IMG/VR virus record: IMGVR_UViG_3300045141_000205
Coordinates: 1-61,639 of that record
Strand: one strand, 5' to 3'
DNA from: a virus
Lineage: Duplodnaviria; Caudoviricetes
DNA length: 61,639 nt
The notes beneath the pieces are model-generated. The model made no database searches. It was not told the origin of the DNA and was given only the letters and a program-made list of their open reading frames with translations. Shown here piece by piece: positions 7,469 to 17,158 of the stretch. Numbering within the stretch: position 1 is the stretch's first letter; the number at the start of each line of letters is the position of its first letter. Both the position numbers and the translations under genes were made by a program.

Positions 7469-9589
7469 TCACAGTTCGGCAGAGAAGTCCAAGTAGGCCC
7501 CGGCAACCGCTGCCCGAAGCCAGGCTGAGCCGCCTACCGGAGCACCGATGGCCGCAGCCGTGGTGAAGGCCAACTCGACCACATCCGTGTTCCGCTCCAT
7601 CTGCAAGAGAGAGGTCGGAGCAGCATTACCGCTTCCGCCGTAGACAAAGAAGGTGGTCCCAGCCGAGGACCCGAAGGTCGGCGGGACACGCATCGGCACA
7701 GGAAGCCGGAAGGGTGCGTAGAAGGAGGTAGCGGTCCAGGCAGTACCTATCGCAGCCGCCGTGTAGGTGGTGGTACCGACCCAGCGGTAGAAGTACCGCT
7801 GACACCAGGCGAGTTGCTGCTGGACGGGAATCCGCTCGAAGTTCGTCGCGGTCGGCCCCTCCTCCAACTGGACGTCGGCCAGGTGCACCGTCCAGTTCTG
7901 GATGCCGATGTTGGACGCCCGAGCCGCCTGCGTCGACCCCGCCGAGAGCCAGAAGTTGATGGCCACCCACTCGCTCCCGCTGGTCCCCAGCGTCTTTCCG
8001 GACACCGCAGGGACCGTGAAGGTCGTGCTGTACTTCGACCACCCGGTGGTGACCTGGATGGGAATCACCGCCGCGAACACAGCAGCAGACGGTGAGCCTC
8101 CGGTGCCGAAGTTCTGCTGGACCTCGATTCCGATCTTGTTCGCGACGCTCCCGTAGGCCCAGAACGACAGGGTGACCTGCTTGCCCGCGAGGGTACGCAC
8201 ATCCTCGATCACGCTCTGGAGGACTACGTAGTCACCGGCAGCAGCCGTGTTGGTGACCGCACACTGCGCCTCGTACCTCGCGCCGCCGATGGTGGCTGAG
8301 TCAGTCAGAGAGAGCGTGTTCCGGGTCACGTTGATGAGGTTGAGCGCCGAGACGGCGACTAACCAGCCGTCCAGACCGTAGCCCGTGTTGAACGGTCCGT
8401 TCCCGCGCTGTGCGACCGAGAAGTCCCCGTTGCGCAGCGCGTTGCGGAAGCCGGTCGACCCGATGACTCCGCCGCCACCGCCACTCGACCCGGTGCTGGC
8501 GATGCCGGTGCCCTCGACGGTGAGCAGGATGCCAGCGTGCCCGCCGCCGTAGTTGTTGTAGATGCTCAACTGGCCGTTGACGACGCCGAGGCTCCGCCAC
8601 CCCAGTTTGTACGTCTTGACCGTGCCAGGTGTCAGACCCCGCACGGGCATGGAGACGGTCGTTCTCTCATACCGTGGCCCGGCACCGATGGTGGCGACCG
8701 CGACGGTCGTGGTCCCTTCACGCACCGTCATCTCGTAGACCCCGGTGCCGGTGAACTCCATCAGCCCAGTGGCCGAGAAGATGATCTCCCCGGAGGAGGG
8801 CACCGTGAACGTGATGGCCGCATTCGCGGCATCGACGTCGGTGTCAACCCCGGTGGTCGGTGCGACGTACTGGGTGCCGGTCGTGACCTCCTTGAACCCG
8901 AGGAGAGAACTCGTGGTGTCAGCAAGCGCCTTGATGATGAAGGTGACCGCGAGAGTGGGGTGATGCATGGGGACGGTCGTCTGCGTACCGGCCTCAGCCG
9001 AGCCGTAGGCGTTCGAGGTGAAGATCGTGGTGTCCGTACGGAAGTTGACGTCGTTGCCAGACACGCCCCGAGCGAAACGGTCGTTGACACCACCTATCCC
9101 AGCAGTCCCGGAGGGAGCGCCGTGCGCGTGCTTCGGCAACTGCTGCGCAGTCAGCGTGGTCATCTCGTTGCCCCACTTGGTAGCGAGGCCGAAGTTGAGA
9201 GCGGTGCCCTGAGTCGGAACCACTGCACCGACGCCGATCGGAGAGCGCGCCTGGAAGTCAGGCAGGAAGTACGTCGTCCCTGAGTGGGTGCCGAAGGTGT
9301 CCCCCAGAGCCACCGCCAGGTCCGGGTAGGTCGTGGACAGGAACGTGCCACCGTTGCAGATCAGGTAGCCGCCCGGTGGTGTGGCTCCACCCCACATGCT
9401 GATCGTGCCGACCGGACCGCTGCCGCCGCCGCCACCAGCCCCGGAACCCACGACCGTCTCCACACCCGCCGCATTCAGGGTGTACAACTTCCCGTCACTG
9501 GTCTTGGCGTACAGCCGGACCGCGTCGGAGACCGGGACCGCAGGGGTCGCCGCGACCGAGCGCAGGTCGACGGCTCCATAGGTCCTCAC
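7469..9589 (-). CDS. Fibre protein with phage tail-collar domain and carbohydrate-binding-like domain
   Basis: GTG at 9589 (GTGA overlap). Collar motif GTISMWGGATPPGGYLICNG...LPDFQARSPIG; RNALRNGDFSVAQRG...VQLEEGPTAT...CQRYF. Confidence 0.8.
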   Translation of the reverse strand: MRTYGAVDLRSVAATPAVPVSDAVRLYAKTSDGKLYTLNAAGVETVVGSGAGGGGGSGPVGTISMWGGATPPGGYLICNGGTFLSTTYPDLAVALGDTFGTHSGTTYFLPDFQARSPIGVGAVVPTQGTALNFGLATKWGNEMTTLTAQQLPKHAHGAPSGTAGIGGVNDRFARGVSGNDVNFRTDTTIFTSNAYGSAEAGTQTTVPMHHPTLAVTFIIKALADTTSSLLGFKEVTTGTQYVAPTTGVDTDVDAANAAITFTVPSSGEIIFSATGLMEFTGTGVYEMTVREGTTTVAVATIGAGPRYERTTVSMPVRGLTPGTVKTYKLGWRSLGVVNGQLSIYNNYGGGHAGILLTVEGTGIASTGSSGGGGGVIGSTGFRNALRNGDFSVAQRGNGPFNTGYGLDGWLVAVSALNLINVTRNTLSLTDSATIGGARYEAQCAVTNTAAAGDYVVLQSVIEDVRTLAGKQVTLSFWAYGSVANKIGIEVQQNFGTGGSPSAAVFAAVIPIQVTTGWSKYSTTFTVPAVSGKTLGTSGSEWVAINFWLSAGSTQAARASNIGIQNWTVHLADVQLEEGPTATNFERIPVQQQLAWCQRYFYRWVGTTTYTAAAIGTAWTATSFYAPFRLPVPMRVPPTFGSSAGTTFFVYGGSGNAAPTSLLQMERNTDVVELAFTTAAAIGAPVGGSAWLRAAVAGAYLDFSAEL

Positions 9590-11244
9590 TTCTTCACCAC
9601 CGCCGTCAAGAAGTTCGTTGCCACATCGCTGTGCGAGCGCAGCGCGACGGTGTTCAAGTCCACGACCTTCCAGTCCACGTTGACGTTCTCCTTGCTGGCC
9701 GCCTCCTTGACCCACACGCCGACATCCTCGGTGCCCAGCGAATGCGTGATGTTGAGCCACGTCCCAGCGGTCATCGCAGGCACGGGGACCGTGTACGACG
9801 CCGCCCCACTGACCGTCGGGTCGGAAGACTGCACCGCCCGGATGATGAAGTTGATGCCCAGAATCGTGTGGGTGACGTTGGCGGGAGAGCCGCCACCGAT
9901 GTACGTCGTGGGAACGCCAGACGAACCGGCGCTGTTGCTCCACTGCACGATGGTGGTCCCGTTCGCCCAGAACGGGCCACCCGCTTGCGTACCACCGTTG
10001 GTGACATTCTGGATGTGGGCGTGAGAGGGCATCTCAGCGACAGTCTGGGTGTGCCTGCTCTCACCGAACTTCTGACCGAGCGAGAAGGCGTACCCGGAGC
10101 CGTCATCCGGTGAGGGTGTGCCGGTACCGATCGGTGAGCGTCCCCGAAAGTCCGGCAGGTAGTAGTTGGTCCCGGAGTGGGTGCCGTAGGTGTCGCCGAG
10201 CAGCGTCGCCAGATCCGGGTAGGTCACCGAGGAGAACGTGCTGCCGTTGCAGATCAGGTATCCAGCCGGAGGTGTGGTGACAGGCCACATGTCGATCGTG
10301 CCGACCGGAGCCCCTCCGCCACCACTACCGATGGGCTTCCAGGCGCCACCACTCAGGATGTAGGTGGCTCCGGTGTCGGACTCGTAGATGATGTGGCCGT
10401 CGGACAGGCCGAACAGGCCCGGTCGGGTGGTCGAGGTGCAGAGCGTCTTGTTGTCGAGCGGTTGCCACTGCGCGGTGTCCCAGGCCTGCATGACCTTGTT
10501 GGTCTGGTTGTGGAACAGGTGACCTGCACCGGTTGGGTTCGGCGCCTGCAACGACCCGGCCTGATCGACGAAGGTGGCGACACGCCATGCCTGGGCGTCG
10601 GTTCCCAGCGTGGTGACCACCTGCAACTGGGTCATCATGTGGAACCGCCAGGCGTTTCCCTCGGTGATCTTCACCCATGAGCCACGCGCCACGGCTGCTG
10701 CGGTGTTGGCGTCGGAAGCACGCGCCCAAGCCCCGGCAGCCACCACGTAGATGCCGTTGTCGGCTGTGGTGGTCTGGTTGCGCACCAACACCCGATCACC
10801 GGCGACCAGGGCGACACCGTCGACGGTCTGGGTGCCGGACAGGGTGATGTTCGCGGTAGTCGCCGCTCGGACCGTTGCTCGCTGCAACGAGTCACCACCT
10901 CGACTGTCTACATAGTCCTTGGTGGTGTAGTGAGTGGGATCTGTGGGCGGCTGTCCCGAGATCGGGTGGTTAGCCAGGATGCTGTAGCCAGGACCCTGAG
11001 AACTGAGTCGGAGGGTCCCGTAGTCACCTGAGATCTTCGCGCCGTTCCAACTGATCGGGACGTCAGAATCGAAGTACAGGACCCCGGTCATGTAGTCGCC
11101 CGTGGTATTGACATAGAGCGAGTCCGCAGTCGCCTGGCTCAGGCCACCACCTGCCTTGCTGTCGACGTACTGCTTGGTGGCAGCCTCCATCGCTGCTACC
11201 GGATCAGCCGGTAGCACGACGGGGGTCAGGAACTTCTTGCTCAC
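9586..11244 (-). CDS. Fibre protein with tail-collar domain
   Basis: AATKQYVD; VRAATTANITLSG...GDRVLVRNQ...NGIYV; GTIDMWP...PPAGYLICNG...LPDFRGRSPIG; C-terminal HSLGT domain. Confidence 0.8.
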   Translation of the reverse strand: MSKKFLTPVVLPADPVAAMEAATKQYVDSKAGGGLSQATADSLYVNTTGDYMTGVLYFDSDVPISWNGAKISGDYGTLRLSSQGPGYSILANHPISGQPPTDPTHYTTKDYVDSRGGDSLQRATVRAATTANITLSGTQTVDGVALVAGDRVLVRNQTTTADNGIYVVAAGAWARASDANTAAAVARGSWVKITEGNAWRFHMMTQLQVVTTLGTDAQAWRVATFVDQAGSLQAPNPTGAGHLFHNQTNKVMQAWDTAQWQPLDNKTLCTSTTRPGLFGLSDGHIIYESDTGATYILSGGAWKPIGSGGGGAPVGTIDMWPVTTPPAGYLICNGSTFSSVTYPDLATLLGDTYGTHSGTNYYLPDFRGRSPIGTGTPSPDDGSGYAFSLGQKFGESRHTQTVAEMPSHAHIQNVTNGGTQAGGPFWANGTTIVQWSNSAGSSGVPTTYIGGGSPANVTHTILGINFIIRAVQSSDPTVSGAASYTVPVPAMTAGTWLNITHSLGTEDVGVWVKEAASKENVNVDWKVVDLNTVALRSHSDVATNFLTAVVKK

Positions 11245-13007
11245 CCAGTGACCACGATCCTGTGCTCGCCAGCCGCAGTCGCCACGTTGAAGCGGACGGT
11301 CACATTGTTGGCGTCGGTACGCTCCACGTCGCAGTCGACAGTGTCCCAGGGCGTGGTGTTGCGGTAGACGTTGACGATGACGTCACGAGTGTTGAAGGCG
11401 TGGTTGACCACGGTGGACGTGGCAGCCGCTGTGGATGCCGAGATGACCCGGACGCTGGCTGTGTGCGTGTGATCGGACTTCGCTGCGGTGACCGCCGACC
11501 CGGTGCCCGCGTAGTTCACGCTCAGCAGGTCAGCGGCTGCGGTCAGCGATCCATCGGTGACGACGTTGATGGTCTGCCCGACCTGGGTCAGGCCGTTGCC
11601 TGCGTTGACCGAGCCCATGGAGGAGAACTGGGTCCAGGTGATCGCGGTGGTGCCCAGGGTGCCGCCCTGGTCGGCGGTGCAGACCCAGCCGGTCTCGGCC
11701 TGGTTGGAGCCCTGCTCGACAAACACGAACGCACCCGGAAACTCTGCCCAGGTGTCCAGGTCGGTCGCACGAACCCAAGTACCGTTAGAGCCCGATCCGA
11801 CTGTCTGAACCGTGTAGATGCCGTTCTGCGACATGGTCGTTTGGTCTTTGACCAGCACCCGGTCGTTGACGACCAACGCGATGCCGTCGAGGGTCAACGG
11901 AGTACCAGTCGCCAGGTTGGCAATGTTTCCGGTGGTAGCCGCATGCACCGACTGCTTGGCGTCCAGGCCCTGAGCCACACCGTCGACGTACTGCTTGTTC
12001 GCAGCATCGGTGGTGGCGATCGGGGTCAGCACGTTGCGCACCAACTGACCGTTCATGTCGACGCTGTTGATCGCGACGTTGATCATGTCCAGGGTCCAGT
12101 TGCCGGGGATCGCCTGGCCCCCCAGGTTCCCTAGTGTGCGCATCGACGGGGTGGCGTTCGCACCGTCCTTGTTGGCCGCCGCGATGTCACCGTGGACGAT
12201 CGTGCCGTCCAGGATCGCGGCGCTGGTGACCTTCCCTACCCCGATGGTCGGGTTGGGGTAGGTGCCAGTCAGGTCGCCACCGGCTGCACCAGAGGGAGCC
12301 CGTGCGTCGGTGAACCGGCTGTCGGCACCGGACGCGGCCTGGGTGGCTCCGGTGCCGATCGTGCGCAGCGACGGGACCGCGACGGCGCCGTCCTTGTTGG
12401 CGGCGTTCACGTCGGCGTCGGTGATGGTGCCGTCGAGGATGTGGTTGGAGGTGACCTTGCCCGCAGCGATCGTGGGGTTCGGGTAGGTGCCGGTCAGGTC
12501 TCCACCAGCCGCGCCGGAGGGGGGCAGTGTCGTGGGGAGCACCCCGGGTGCCAGGTCGCCAGCCACGATCGTGCCGTCGGCGATGTGGCTGGAGGTGACC
12601 TTCCCGACCCCGAAGTTCGGGTTGGGGTAGGTGCCGATCAGGTCGCCGCCAGCCGGACCACCCGGCAGGGCGGTGATCGAGGTGTGGGCGGCGTTGTCGT
12701 GGAGGGGGTTGCCGTGCTTGTGGTCGTTGCGGGCCACCGTGCCCCCGGCGCCGTCCGAGGCAACACCGCCGAACGTGGTCTCTGAGGAGACCGCCCCGAA
12801 CCCCGGGAACGCCGAGGACCCGCCCGCCGCACTGATCCAGGACGGCGTACCGCCGCCCACCTTGCACCAGTAGAGGGTGCTGTCGGTGGTGTTGAAGTAC
12901 AACTGGCCGACGACCGGGTTGGCCGGTGCACCGGTCAGGTTCTGGACGACGGCGTTCTGGACCTCGTTCTTCCCCATGTCCAGGTGGGTCAGGAACTTCC
13001 GTGCCAT
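11241..13007 (-). CDS. Fibre/structural protein with three internal repeats
   Basis: Three copies of AGGDLxGTYPNPxxxxGKVTS; DAANKQYVD; DRVLVKDQ...NGIY; C-terminal HAFNT domain. Confidence 0.75.
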   Translation of the reverse strand: MARKFLTHLDMGKNEVQNAVVQNLTGAPANPVVGQLYFNTTDSTLYWCKVGGGTPSWISAAGGSSAFPGFGAVSSETTFGGVASDGAGGTVARNDHKHGNPLHDNAAHTSITALPGGPAGGDLIGTYPNPNFGVGKVTSSHIADGTIVAGDLAPGVLPTTLPPSGAAGGDLTGTYPNPTIAAGKVTSNHILDGTITDADVNAANKDGAVAVPSLRTIGTGATQAASGADSRFTDARAPSGAAGGDLTGTYPNPTIGVGKVTSAAILDGTIVHGDIAAANKDGANATPSMRTLGNLGGQAIPGNWTLDMINVAINSVDMNGQLVRNVLTPIATTDAANKQYVDGVAQGLDAKQSVHAATTGNIANLATGTPLTLDGIALVVNDRVLVKDQTTMSQNGIYTVQTVGSGSNGTWVRATDLDTWAEFPGAFVFVEQGSNQAETGWVCTADQGGTLGTTAITWTQFSSMGSVNAGNGLTQVGQTINVVTDGSLTAAADLLSVNYAGTGSAVTAAKSDHTHTASVRVISASTAAATSTVVNHAFNTRDVIVNVYRNTTPWDTVDCDVERTDANNVTVRFNVATAAGEHRIVVTG

Positions 13008-13018
13008 CGTGTGCTCCT

Positions 13019-13309
13019 CTAACTGAGGTAGGCGACGCCGCTGAATGCGCCGGAGAAGTCGAGGTTGAGTGAGTTGGAGTTGGTGTAGACGATCTCGCCC
13101 TCGACGATCGAGCCCGCCGAGTCGATGACGATGATGTTGGGGTTGAACCCGAGGTTGTGGTCGACCACCCAGTGCGCCGAGGCCGGTCCCTGGTGGTGGG
13201 TGTACACGGCACCTGCTGGACCAGGTGGTCCAGGCGGACCCGGCTCACCTGGAGGTCCGGTGGAGATGTACTCCCAGCCACTGGCGGTCTTGACCTTCGC
13301 GGCACCCAT
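13019..13309 (-). CDS. Small fibre adaptor (short collagen stretch plus HNLG domain)
   Basis: ATG at 13309 (TGATG overlap): MGAAKVKTASGWEYISTGPPGEPGPPG...WVVDHNLGFNP. Confidence 0.7.
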   Translation of the reverse strand: MGAAKVKTASGWEYISTGPPGEPGPPGPPGPAGAVYTHHQGPASAHWVVDHNLGFNPNIIVIDSAGSIVEGEIVYTNSNSLNLDFSGAFSGVAYLS

Positions 13310-14850
13310 CAGCCGGTCACCTGCCTGTCGAGCGCGGTCTGGTACTGCTGGACGACGGCGTAGAGGTCGGCGTTCTCCTGATCGCTCAGGCCCGACCCGA
13401 TCGAGGCGAACCCGCACGGCAGGTCGGTCTTGTCCACGAAGGTGTTGATCCCGCCGATCCAGACCGAGGTCGGCGGCAGCCCGATCGACGACGGCGTGGT
13501 CGTCTGGAGGTTGACGCCGTTGCGGTACGCGGTCTGTGAGGCCGGTCCGGTGCGGGTGGCGACGAACAGCCCCGACGACGCGGGCACGTTGACGTTCGAG
13601 GTGCCCTCCTCGGACATCCCGTAGTAGTACATCGTCGGCTGGTACCGGGCGATGACGTGGAACCGCGACGCCGCCGTGCCGGTCCAGTTGTAGCAGCCCA
13701 TCTCGCACCGGGAGACCGGTGGCACGTCGGCGAGCGAGTAGAAGGCGAGGTGGGTGGAGTCCTGGGTGAGCAGGCCGAGCGGGACACAGTGGGTGTCGGC
13801 GTAGTAGCCGCTGGACACGTTGCTCTGGCCCTGCTGGTTGGCTCGGTACCCGAGGGCGGTGGAGTGGTAGCCGCCGTTGAAGGTCAGCCGGTAGGCGGCG
13901 TCGGCGTCTCTGGGGTCCTTGAGGTTCCACTGATGCAGGGCTGCGGTGCCACCGATGAACGGGTAGATGGCGAGCATCTTCGACCACAGGCCTCGGGCCT
14001 TGAGCCCGACGACCAGGCGGTCCAGGGGCTGAGCGTAGGAGGAGTCCAGGCCGGTGGCCGTCAGGTACGCCTGGGTGTCCGGGTCGTAGACGGGGGCCTG
14101 CGGGGTGATCCACTTCGCACGCAGGTAGTCCTCGACGCCCGCACGCTCGGTGGGGCTTAGACAGCGGTCGTAGAAGATCATCTCCCCGATCTGACCGTTC
14201 ATCGCGTAGCCCGCTGGTACGTACCCTCCGATGTGCCACGGAGTCGTGGTGGGGGTGGGCGACCAGGAGGATTCGACCTCGTTCCCGTCCACCCGCAGAC
14301 CCTGGCTGGCGGTGCTGGACTCGCACCACACGGTGATCATCTGCGGAGCACCGGACCAGGCGACACCGCTGTCCAGCACGGGGGTGGAGTAGGTGTGGAT
14401 GGTCCCGTTGGGGTAACCGTACGTCTGCATGTACGGGTACTCCTCCTGGAGTTGGGTGGTGTGGTACGTCGCGTAGGAGTTGCCGAGGGTCTGGATCACC
14501 TGGAAGATCGTGCGGTCCCCGATGCTGGGCATCGCACCGGTCTTCATCGAGGAGAACGCGCCGAACTCCCCGAACCGCAGGGAGGCGCGCCCGTTGATCC
14601 CGTTGGCCCGGTAGGTGACGGTGCCCCGGTTGACGGCGGGGGAGAGGTTGTTGCCGGAAGCGTCAGCCCACACCGGCACCGGGGCGCCATCGGCCTTGCC
14701 GGTCATCTGGGTGGCATCGAGCCAGACCAGCAGCCCAGGGATCGACTTCGGTCCGGATGCCGAGGGTGGCCAGACATCTGTGCCCTGGTGCAGCGCGGTG
14801 ACCGGGATCGTGCCGTAGCGGAGGGCGTGGGTCTTCATGATGGCGGTCAT
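13309..14850 (-). CDS. LamG/ConA-like lectin-domain minor virion protein
   Basis: PGLLVWLDA...MNGQIGEMIFYDRCLS..E...VEDYLRAKW, followed by a second lectin-like domain. Confidence 0.7.
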   Translation of the reverse strand: MTAIMKTHALRYGTIPVTALHQGTDVWPPSASGPKSIPGLLVWLDATQMTGKADGAPVPVWADASGNNLSPAVNRGTVTYRANGINGRASLRFGEFGAFSSMKTGAMPSIGDRTIFQVIQTLGNSYATYHTTQLQEEYPYMQTYGYPNGTIHTYSTPVLDSGVAWSGAPQMITVWCESSTASQGLRVDGNEVESSWSPTPTTTPWHIGGYVPAGYAMNGQIGEMIFYDRCLSPTERAGVEDYLRAKWITPQAPVYDPDTQAYLTATGLDSSYAQPLDRLVVGLKARGLWSKMLAIYPFIGGTAALHQWNLKDPRDADAAYRLTFNGGYHSTALGYRANQQGQSNVSSGYYADTHCVPLGLLTQDSTHLAFYSLADVPPVSRCEMGCYNWTGTAASRFHVIARYQPTMYYYGMSEEGTSNVNVPASSGLFVATRTGPASQTAYRNGVNLQTTTPSSIGLPPTSVWIGGINTFVDKTDLPCGFASIGSGLSDQENADLYAVVQQYQTALDRQVTG

Positions 14851-16115
14851 GTCCCACTCACCGTCCAGCCCTTGGCGGTGGCGATGCTCGGGTCGTCCAG
14901 GATTCCGCCACCCACCCCGGAGACAGTGATCGTCTGCCCGGTCACGGTCGGCAGTGCGGTGTAGATCGCATTCAGCCCAGCAGCGTCCATCTGGCCGACC
15001 ACGGTCCAGGTGAACGCCGGACCCTTCCCCGGCAGGAACTTCAACTCACAGAGCCGGTAGCAGATGCCCAGCCAGGTGCCCAGGTTCGCGCTGGTGACGT
15101 TGGAGAAGTCGAGGTTGGTCAGCGACTCCAGCGAGCCACAGCCGCTGAACATGCTGAGCACGTTGACCGTCGCTGCGGTCGAAGTGAACGAGACCTTCCG
15201 CAACGAGTAGCAGTTCTGGCAGAAGCCGGACAGGGTGGTTGCTGCCGCAGTGTCCAGGAGGGGCAGCGTCTCCAGGGCCTGACAGCCGCTGAACGTGCTG
15301 GAGAGGGTCGCTGCCCCGGTCAGGCTGAACCCTGCTGGCAGCCGCTTCAACGAGTAGCAGTTGATGAACGCCGAGGCCCAGTTCACGATCGCCCCGGCTG
15401 GTGCGTTGAGCAGCGGGGCCTCGACCATCAAGGAACAGTTGGAGAAGAACGAGGCGACCGAGATGCCCGAGAGTGCGGTGAAGGTGATCTTCGGGAACTT
15501 GGTGATCTGGTAGCAGGCGGAGAAGAACGAGGCGCCCGAGTTGCCGTTGATGATCACCTCCCCGACCACCTCCCGCAACTGGTAGCAGGCGGAGAACTGG
15601 CTGATCGGGTTGGTCGTGGTGAACGGCTGCTTGAACTCCACCCGACGTACTAGCGGGCAGACCCCTCCCAGAGTCATGGTGGTGGTCTGGGACGACCCGA
15701 TCACGACCTCCAGCACCGGGGACCGCCAGGTCTTGCTGGCGTAGTAGACCCCGGAGAAGTTGACGTTGTTCAGGATCGACGCACCCTGAGGGGTGATCGT
15801 GATCAGTGCCTGCTTGAAGCCCTCGGAGGTGGCCGGGCCGAGGGTGGCCGGGTCGTAGAGGTGGTTGATCTGTATCGTCGTGTTCGAGTTCTGCGGAGCG
15901 GTGCCGTCGCCCCAGTCCACGGTGTAGTTTCCTGCGCAGTTCAGGGTCATCACCCGGTTGGACTCCACCGAGGTGTCGGTCCCCACCTGGATCAACGCCT
16001 GGACCTTGTTCTGCCCGGCGACCACGGTCATCGGCAGCCAGTCGGCAGGTCGGGTCCAGCCCGGGTCGGCACCGAGCGACTTCCACCCGGTCGGGGTCAG
16101 GACGCTGACGCTCAT
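14847..16115 (-). CDS. BspA/DUF285-like repeat protein
   Basis: ATG at 16115 (ATGA overlap); YTVDWGDG; about seven FSxCxxL-type repeats spaced ~22-25 aa. Confidence 0.7.
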   Translation of the reverse strand: MSVSVLTPTGWKSLGADPGWTRPADWLPMTVVAGQNKVQALIQVGTDTSVESNRVMTLNCAGNYTVDWGDGTAPQNSNTTIQINHLYDPATLGPATSEGFKQALITITPQGASILNNVNFSGVYYASKTWRSPVLEVVIGSSQTTTMTLGGVCPLVRRVEFKQPFTTTNPISQFSACYQLREVVGEVIINGNSGASFFSACYQITKFPKITFTALSGISVASFFSNCSLMVEAPLLNAPAGAIVNWASAFINCYSLKRLPAGFSLTGAATLSSTFSGCQALETLPLLDTAAATTLSGFCQNCYSLRKVSFTSTAATVNVLSMFSGCGSLESLTNLDFSNVTSANLGTWLGICYRLCELKFLPGKGPAFTWTVVGQMDAAGLNAIYTALPTVTGQTITVSGVGGGILDDPSIATAKGWTVSGT

Positions 16116-17098
16116 GCGTTCACCCACAGGTCGTAGGTGGTGGCGTACAGCGGCTGCACACTGCCGATCCAGTAGACCGCTGCGGCCCCGGCAGGCCTGA
16201 CGACGTTGTTGAGCGCACCGTGGTTGACGGTCTGCATCACGTTGGTCGGCGCCGGTGTACCTGGGTCACCCTGAGGACCCTGCGGACCGGGAACAGTGGA
16301 CGCGGCCCCTGGGTCACCCTTCGGTCCCTGAGGGCCGGGAACAGTGGACGCGGCGCCTGGAGGGCCTGGGACGGTCGAGGCAGCGCCCGGGTCACCCTTC
16401 GGGCCTTGCGGCCCCTCAGGGCCAGTGAGCCCGACCGGGGGCGGGGCGTCGGTGATCACGTACAGGGTCTGCGGGTCCTTGACCGGCAGCGCGTCATAGG
16501 CGACCTGGGTCAGCGAGACGACATCGACCTGACCCTCCGGCCCAGGTATGCCCTGTGACCCCGGTGGACCGGGCACGGTGGAGGCGGCGCCCGGTGCTCC
16601 GGTGTCGCCCTTGTCGCCTTTCGGTCCGGGAACAGTGGACGCGGCCCCTGGGTCACCCTTCGGTCCCTGCGGACCCGGCACCGTCGAGGCTGCACCGTCG
16701 TTACCGGGTGCTCCCGGGGCTCCAGGAGGCCCTGGAGGTCCTGGCACGGTCGAGGTTGGTCCCTGCGGCCCTGGAACGGTTGAATCGGCCCCTGGGTCCC
16801 CCTTCGGTCCCGGAGGCCCTGGAACCGTGGATGCAGGCCCTGGGTCTCCCTTCGGCCCTGGAGGCCCCTGCGGACCTACGGAACCAGCCCCACCGGAGGT
16901 CGAGGCGGTCTCATCGTCGGTGTCGAGCCACAGGGTGCCCTCGGGAACACCGATCGGCTCGTCGTCCTGGACGTAGGGGAAGGAGGGTGGGCCGGGCACC
17001 GTGGAGGGTGGACCGGGCTCACCCTGGGGGCCGGGGACGATCAGGTCGACCCAGCCCCCGGAGGTCTTCAACCGGACCTGCTGCTGATTCGGTGCCAT
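16112..17098 (-). CDS. Collagen-like fibre protein
   Basis: Long Gly-X-Y tracts with STVPGPxG repeats; [20 protein letters not shown] motif. Confidence 0.85.
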   Translation of the reverse strand: MAPNQQQVRLKTSGGWVDLIVPGPQGEPGPPSTVPGPPSFPYVQDDEPIGVPEGTLWLDTDDETASTSGGAGSVGPQGPPGPKGDPGPASTVPGPPGPKGDPGADSTVPGPQGPTSTVPGPPGPPGAPGAPGNDGAASTVPGPQGPKGDPGAASTVPGPKGDKGDTGAPGAASTVPGPPGSQGIPGPEGQVDVVSLTQVAYDALPVKDPQTLYVITDAPPPVGLTGPEGPQGPKGDPGAASTVPGPPGAASTVPGPQGPKGDPGAASTVPGPQGPQGDPGTPAPTNVMQTVNHGALNNVVRPAGAAAVYWIGSVQPLYATTYDLWVNA

Positions 17099-17114
17099 CG
17101 GTGCAACCTCCCTC

Positions 17115-17150
17115 CATCCCTTCGCAGGACTCAGGGGGCCTCTGGCAGCA
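17115..17150 (-). promoter_or_regulatory. 36-bp motif, copy 2
   Basis: TGCTGCC-N9-CTGA-N7-GAAGGGATG upstream of the collagen gene. Confidence 0.7.
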
Positions 17151-17158
17151 CTAGGCCG

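Noticed and set aside
9230-10310. Two similar collar-domain DNA segments as a possible DGR template/variable pair
   Set aside because: Both are coding, differences are not adenine-specific, and there is no reverse transcriptase in the window. The same applies to the adhesin repeats.
7469-12100. Apparently more A/T-ending codons, suggesting recent acquisition of fibre genes
   Set aside because: Impression only; not quantifiable without a codon-usage computation, and common for fibre genes.
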